Assembly: GCA_965240325.2 (NCBI GenBank)
Contig: OZ251235.1
Span: 1,922,001 to 1,986,000 of the forward strand
Reading direction: 5' to 3'
Origin: Rebecca billardiae RCC1528
Lineage: Eukaryota; Protista; Haptophyta
DNA length: 64,000 bases
The notes beneath the pieces were generated by a model that saw only the letters and a program-made list of their open reading frames with translations, had not been told where the DNA came from and searched no databases. The stretch's first letter is position 1. Every line of letters starts with the position of its first letter. The translations under genes and the position numbers were made by a program. This document shows positions 57,986 through 64,000 of the stretch, piece after piece.

Positions 57986-58404
57986 TAGCCTGCACCGCGA
58001 TCGTAAAGCTTGCCAGCGCGGCCTTGACTCTTGAGCTCAGAGCTGCTGGAGCGCGATACTTATTGATACTAGACTCTATATATTCATAACATCGATCATA
58101 CTTATTTCCGTACGGAAATAAGTATATGATCGATGTGATGAATAGTACGACTGATTCTCACAGCAGGCGTCAGGCGGACTCAGGCTGCGTCCTGATCGAG
58201 ACGCGCGACGATATATTACCGCCATTTATAATATTATATATATATATATATGATTATCTGATGCTGATGCTACAGCTTGCTGACTTTGACGCCTGCCCGT
58301 TGCATACCACGTCGTTAATATATACGACATGTAGCGCGTAGTTTAGTCATATATATATATTCTAACTCTAAGTCGGGATTCCGTGAGTAATTAATGAATG
58401 TGAA

Positions 58405-60445
58405 CACAGTGAACAAAAACGGGATTATCGTTACCGTAACCCGTCCGAGGCGTCCGACACGAGCCGATTTTCGGGGAAATTCTCGCGCGGGCCGCACGAG
58501 CGCACAGACGACGCTACGGTGGTCGCGCAGGCGCCTGGCGAGTGCCCCGGGCATGGGACTGCAACATCCCACCCAGCCTCCCCATCCCTCCGCCCCTCTC
58601 TGCCTCGCCGGGTTGCACGCGGCTGGCCGGTCACGTAGCTCGTGGTGAGCCATTCGTGAGCGTGGAGCCCTGCTGCTCAGTGCGGCGATGCAGCGAGGCG
58701 AAGCGGCGCGTAAGATGGCGCATCTTACTCCGAATGCAGTCTGCTGCCAGCACAGCCGCCCTCGCCGGAGTGCCTGGTCGTCACCTTCGTTGTGTGCACC
58801 TGTCGCGCGCTGCTGTGAACAAGCGAAGTCTCAGGCCTCCCTGGAGCCATTCAAACACGCTCGTCCTCGACGAGGCGTGCGCGAGGCACCGCGCGAGCGC
58901 GGGAGCGGCCCTTCCTAGCATACTCCTGCACGGCCATCCACCTCGCCACAGCCTGCCATGTCACACTCCTCCCCGCACGCAGTGCTCGCATGCCGCGTGC
59001 AAGTCGGTCGACTGACCTGGTAGGAGGGTGCACAGAAATATTCGACTGCGAGGAGACGGCAGCGAGCCCACGCGCGCGGCGCCGTCCCACGCTTCATTGT
59101 GCTGTTCTAGACCAGTCGCGCGCCCGCGGCACCGCGCCCGCCATCTCCGCGTCGCGTGCCAGTCCACGCCGCGCGCGTGGCTCTCGACGTGTGCGTCGAG
59201 GGCGTCGTGCGTCCGATTCGTACCCGCATGTATTCAACAAACACGACAAATCGCTGAGCTGAACGCACCTCGTCGCGCGATGGCATGGTCGCGCTGTGTG
59301 ACGTCGCTCGCCGCAGGAAATTCGGTACGCGACGAGAGCACGGCGCACGCGCTCGGCGCGGCGTGGGAGGCGGGGCGGTGGTGTCCTCGAGCCATCCCGC
59401 CCGCGCCGCAGTGCGCCAGCCGCCACCTCGCCGCGCCGTGGCCCATGCCGCGCGGCAGGTGTCGACCAGATCGACCTTGCCGCCCAAAAGAGGGCCGCAC
59501 CGGAAATTCTGTATTTGTTGAATACAGACTTACCCACGTGCCCGCGATGCGGCGGCGCCTGTGGCGGCGGCGTGGCGCGGCGGCGGCGGCGCGGGCAGCC
59601 TGACGGGCCAGATAGGGCGCGCCAGGTCGGGGCGATCGTGATGGGATGGTTCCATACGCATCAGTGCGTGCTCCTGTGCATCTCAAGAGCGCGCTGGGCG
59701 CCCTCTCTCGCGCCTATGCCCATCCCACGCGGTCTGAGAAGCCTCTGTTTGGACACCGTTGGCTGCGCGCTCGGTCGTGGCTGCCCGGCGGGTCGGAGAG
59801 GTCGAGGCGAGCCGGGTCGTTCGCGACGGACGATGCCTATGGGTCATGGCGAGTGCCAGCACGCAGCTCGGGCGCGCGCCCGGCGCCTCCTCGCCGCGCT
59901 ACATCCACACCAAGATCTGGCCCAAAAACAGGCTTCAAGAGCGAAAGTCAGTCTGGGAGCTGCTCAGGCCGCTGTGTGCGGTTTGGCGGCGTACAAACTT
60001 GTGGAGCGGGTGCCCACATGGGTTGAGCACAATGCTATAGAACGTTTTTCCGCGAAACACCACTTCCTCGCCTCTCCGCGCGCGTGCCGCGCGGCCCCCG
60101 TGAAGTCATCTTAACAGCTCACGTGTGGCCGCCCGTGGAGCGAGGGTGGGCGAGGAGGGGCGGGCGAGGGTGACGCCGCCCCGGGGAACCGCCTTGGTAA
60201 GCCGGCCGACGCCTCGCAGCCCCCCTCGCGGCAAAAATGCGCGCACGCCCGCCGCTCGGAGCGCGCCATCGATTCGAATGGGCGTGCGCACGAACGACCA
60301 TGCTCAACGGGCTTCGGCCCGATCTTTCTCCACTGTGGCGGCGCGAAGTGCCGCGAACGGGGCATGAAAAAAATTCCAGCGCATCCCCACTGGGCGGAAG
60401 CGCGGACGGGTTACGGTAACGCCGAAAATCGATTTCTTTACTGTG
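58405..60445. mobile_element. Non-autonomous CAC-terminated TIR element (CACTA/CMC-like), ~2.04 kb
   Basis: Ends are AA|CACAGTGAAC... and ...TTTACTGTG|AA. A perfect 19-bp subterminal inverted match cgttaccgtaacccgtccg lies at 58429-58447 and 60403-60421, equidistant from the ends. Confidence 0.78.
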
Positions 60446-60503
60446 AACCCGACTGTGTGCGGCAAGCCCGCGTCAATGGGACCGCCCCGTAGTAATATGG
60501 TCA

Positions 60504-62600
60504 TCAACACGACACAAGCGACTCGTCGTCGTCCTCGCCGCCAATAACGTCGTCGTTGTTGCCGCCAGCATTGGCGGCGCGACGTTGATTTAGCCTAGTG
60601 CGCCTGCGGCTGCTGCCGTTGAAGCCGACGGTCCAAGCCGTGCTGAGGTCGCACGGCCGCTGACGCCGTGCTGCTGGCTCGTGCCGCGAGGCAGCGGCGT
60701 GGCGGAGGGCACCCGCGCTGCCGATGGCAGTCACGGCGGAGCCGCGTCCAGGCGAGGCGCGCGTGCCCCCGCCTCGCTGGACTCCGCGGCCGCCACGGCC
60801 ACGCGCGCGGTTCGCGGCCGCGCGCGCGGGCGGTGACGCGCCCGGCGGCGGGGGCTGGGCGCCCGCGGCGCGCGGCTCGGCGCCGGGCTGGGCCCCCGCC
60901 GGTGCGGGCGCGAGCAGGTCGTCGGAGATGAGCGCGGGGATGCGGTACGTCCGCTTCACCTGCGCGTCCACCCTCGCCGCGTGCTCGTGCTTGAGCACCA
61001 CGACGTTCTGCCCGCCGCCGCACGCGTCGAGCGTCAGTTCCGTGAACGCGCTCGGCGCGCCCGGCGCGCACGCGTCCACCATCAACTCGTGGAACTGGCG
61101 GAAGTTGTGCACGGGCTGCGCGTTGACGGCGAGGACGCGGAGCTCGGCGAACGCCTGGTACCCGACCGTCTCCGGCGCCGCGAGCGCGCGCGAGAGCACC
61201 ACCACCTGCTGCCCCGCGCGCTCCACCTCGCCGTGCTCCCACAATTGCACCAGGTGGCGCGGCGCCTCCTCGTACCAGTCCTCACCGTAGTCGTGCAGAA
61301 GGCCCATCGTGAGAGGCATGAAGACGAGGCCGCCGTACACGAAGTAGGAGGGCGAGGTGTCGTACACCGTGTCGGGCACCAGCTTCTCCAGCCTGATCAG
61401 CGGCACGCCCAGCTCGAGCTCCTCGCCGCCGCGGCGCACGCGCATGCTGATCTGCTCGCCCGGGAAGCGCGTGTGCACAAAGTGCGCAAACGACACGCGC
61501 TCCTGCGGGTTGACCTCGCACGTGCCGTCCGACGCGATGGGCACGCCCGAGACGGCGAGGAGCACGTCGTCGACGCGCAGGTGGCCCGCCGACGCCCCGC
61601 GCGCGAGCGGGTGCACGCTGCGCACGAACAGCCCGCCGCCGCGCCGCGGCAGCCCCAGCCACTCCCGAAGCTGCGGGTTCTCCGTCGGCTGGCAGACAAT
61701 CCCGAGTGCGGGGAAGCCGAGATACGCGCCGCCGTTGAGCCGGATGTCGCGGAGGAAGTGGGTGATGACGGGCGTGGGGATGACGTAGCCGATGGACTGC
61801 GAGTCCGGCGCGTTCTGGAACGCCACGCCCACCACGCGCCCGCTCTGGTCGAACGCGGGCCCGCCCGAGTTGCCCGGATTAATCGCCGCGTCAATCTGCA
61901 GCGCAAGCAGCCGCGCGCCTGAGTGTGTGTACGTCTGGAGCTCGATGCGCGAGACGACGCCGGAGGTGATGCACAGCGAGTCGCCGCCCTCGGGGTACCC
62001 GACCACCACCACCGGCTCGCGCAGGTTGGGCACGCCGCCCAGCTCGAGCGGCGAGATCGACTCCCAAAAGTCCGGCTCTGCAATCTCGAGCAGCGCGAGA
62101 TCGCACTCGTGCGCGACGACGCGCGCGCGCGCGACGTAGCGCCGCGCGGAGCCCGACTTGCGCACCTCGATCAGCGTGGAGTCGGCGACCACGTGCGCGT
62201 TCGTCAGCACGTAGTTGCTCCCGCCCTCGCGGATGATCAGCCCGGAGCCGGTCGACGACTCGGGCGGGTGCGACTGCCACGGCAGCTCGTAATTCGGACG
62301 GCACATGACGGAGAAGATCTTGACGACGGAGCGGTGGCGCCGCGACTCGTCGACGTCGGCCTGCGACGGCTTCAATGCGCGCGCGCGGCCGAAGAAGTCC
62401 GTGCGGCCCGCCTCCTCGCCCGCCGCCGCCGCGCCGTCGCGCTCGGCGCGATCGGATGCGCCGCCTGCCGCGCGCACCACGCTGCGAGGCGGGCGGGCTG
62501 CGCGGCCCAAGACGGGCTGGGACGCACCGCGAAGCACGCGCGACGGTGGGCCACCCGCGGCGACGATCGCCACGGCGATCAGCGCGCGCACGGCCCACAT
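60504..62600 (-). CDS. Deg/HtrA serine protease (Deg2/9/10-like) with PDZ domains, probably organelle-targeted
   Basis: Catalytic triad TNAHVV / ECDLA / INPGNSGGP, PDZ segments (LGIVCQPTEN, YFVYGGLVFMPL) and an N-terminal hydrophobic plus Arg-rich leader. Confidence 0.93.
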   Translation of the reverse strand: MWAVRALIAVAIVAAGGPPSRVLRGASQPVLGRAARPPRSVVRAAGGASDRAERDGAAAAGEEAGRTDFFGRARALKPSQADVDESRRHRSVVKIFSVMCRPNYELPWQSHPPESSTGSGLIIREGGSNYVLTNAHVVADSTLIEVRKSGSARRYVARARVVAHECDLALLEIAEPDFWESISPLELGGVPNLREPVVVVGYPEGGDSLCITSGVVSRIELQTYTHSGARLLALQIDAAINPGNSGGPAFDQSGRVVGVAFQNAPDSQSIGYVIPTPVITHFLRDIRLNGGAYLGFPALGIVCQPTENPQLREWLGLPRRGGGLFVRSVHPLARGASAGHLRVDDVLLAVSGVPIASDGTCEVNPQERVSFAHFVHTRFPGEQISMRVRRGGEELELGVPLIRLEKLVPDTVYDTSPSYFVYGGLVFMPLTMGLLHDYGEDWYEEAPRHLVQLWEHGEVERAGQQVVVLSRALAAPETVGYQAFAELRVLAVNAQPVHNFRQFHELMVDACAPGAPSAFTELTLDACGGGQNVVVLKHEHAARVDAQVKRTYRIPALISDDLLAPAPAGAQPGAEPRAAGAQPPPPGASPPARAAANRARGRGGRGVQRGGGTRASPGRGSAVTAIGSAGALRHAAASRHEPAARRQRPCDLSTAWTVGFNGSSRRRTRLNQRRAANAGGNNDDVIGGEDDDESLVSC

Positions 62601-62941
62601 CGCTGCGCGCGTCGGCGATGGATGAAGGGGTTGTCGTCGATGGCGCCGGTCCTCGTCGTCGTCGGACTTTTTTTTTTCCCATTCATATTCGCGTCGCGCT
62701 TATATTCGGGACGAAAATACTAAAATAGCCAAGCTGCCCGGCCGGAAAGTGCGCCGCACTGCCGCTGTAGCTAGATCTCCTCCGGACTGCGCTGCCATCG
62801 TTACTCGGCGGCACTCGCGTAGTCGCGTGAAGCGAGGGCGATGGCGGAGAGCTTACCATTGTCAGTCGTTCACTACCAGCCAGGTGGCGGTGCGTCTCGC
62901 CACTCATGACTCACTGAGTCACTACGGTCACACTCAGTGAC

Positions 62942-64000
62942 TCACCAGGCTCTCGGCCCGGAGTACACGGGCAGCGGGTGCGGCGCGCCGGGCGGCCGCT
63001 TGAGGATGTCGAAGAAGACCGGCACGACCCCGTCGCGCAGGACCGCCAGCGCGTCGCGCTCGGCGTCCGGCGGCGCCGCGGCCTCCGCGGCGCACAGCTC
63101 GGCGAGCACGCGGCACTCGTGAATCTGGTGCGCGCGGTACGGGTGCAGGGGTGGCACCATCTCGTCGTCGTCCGCGCCGGCGGGGGCGCGCGCCGCGGCG
63201 GCCTCGGCGGCGGAGCTCATCGCGTGCGCGAGGTCGAAGAGCACGAGCGCGCGCGCGTGCTCGCGCGGCACGCTGTGCGTGCCCAGCTGCCCGTAGAAGC
63301 GCACCATCCCCACCTCGGCCAGCGCGTCGGGCAGCCGGCGCTCGGCGCCCAGCTCGAACAGCTCGAGCGCGCTCTCATAATGTCCCTTCTCGCGCGCGTG
63401 CACGCCCATGTTGAAGCAGGCCGTGCCCGTGCGGTCGATGGGCGCGGCGAGGCGCGCGGCGCGCCGCTCGAGCTCGCGCGCGCCCACGTGCCCGGCGGGG
63501 CGGCGCTGCGCGTACTCGACGGCGGTCTGGATGCACTCGAGCGCGTGCCCTTCGAGCACGCGCGCCATGCGCTCGCCTGAGTCGCCGCGCGGGGCGGCGA
63601 GGCCCTGGGAGATGAGCTGCGCGTTCCGGATCGGGTACGCGCCGACGGCGACGCCCGCGAGGTCGAGGTACACGCGCGCGCAGCGCAGCAGCGCGCTGCC
63701 CGCGCCGAGCAGCGCGCCGGTTTTCTCCAGCCGCCGCGCCGCCCTCTTGAGCTCTTCGAGCTCGCTCTTGTCGAGCTCGCGGTTGCTGCCAAAAAGCGTC
63801 ACCGCGGCGTTCACCCGGTCGACGAGGGAGATGGCGCGGCAGTTCGGGAGGCGCTTGCCGAGGAAGATCAGCGGGTCGTGCCCGCCGTTCAGGTCGGTGA
63901 AGAAGAAGTCGTCGGGCACGCCGAGGCTGAGCGCGTACGCCTCGCGCTTGCGCTCGGCCGGCGCCTCGAACGCCTCGGGCCGGACCAGCTCCTCGATCGG
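62942..64000 (-). CDS. Sel1/TPR-like repeat protein, 5' end outside the window
   Basis: The frame stays open to the window edge. ACFNMGVHA...ALELFELGAE...ALAEVGMVRFYG...ARALVLFDLA is Sel1-like. Confidence 0.7.
   Translation of the reverse strand, partial: PIEELVRPEAFEAPAERKREAYALSLGVPDDFFFTDLNGGHDPLIFLGKRLPNCRAISLVDRVNAAVTLFGSNRELDKSELEELKRAARRLEKTGALLGAGSALLRCARVYLDLAGVAVGAYPIRNAQLISQGLAAPRGDSGERMARVLEGHALECIQTAVEYAQRRPAGHVGARELERRAARLAAPIDRTGTACFNMGVHAREKGHYESALELFELGAERRLPDALAEVGMVRFYGQLGTHSVPREHARALVLFDLAHAMSSAAEAAAARAPAGADDDEMVPPLHPYRAHQIHECRVLAELCAAEAAAPPDAERDALAVLRDGVVPVFFDILKRPPGAPHPLPVYSGPRAW

Overview
A very GC-rich eukaryotic nuclear region with GT-AG introns and Ala/Arg-rich proteins. 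The style suggests a haptophyte alga (Pavlovales-like), but that is inference only. About 13 protein genes are supportable: a PGP-repeat protein, an intron-containing DXO/Rai1-like nuclease, an APH/ChoK-type kinase, an orphan, a 3-exon glutamine-dependent NAD+ synthetase head-to-head with a GH33 sialidase, two convergent paralogous WIP/STOP1/ATMIN-type zinc-finger genes, an Sfi1-like repeat protein head-to-head with a RecQ helicase, a Sel1-MYND protein, a Deg/HtrA protease and a truncated Sel1/TPR-like protein. The intergenic space is dense with nested mobile DNA. The most notable items are two unrelated non-autonomous elements with split-direct-repeat (A...BA...B) ends and internal tandem arrays (17561-23768, with a DIRS-type RNase H remnant; 52981-54938). 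There is also a ~1.2-kb inverted repeat broken by successive insertions (15356-26170), five TA-flanked TIR elements, a CAC-terminated TIR element, and a dispersed TTAACGAC-terminated repeat family that abuts (TA)n tracts. No rRNA, tRNA or CRISPR array was seen. All coordinates were read by eye.
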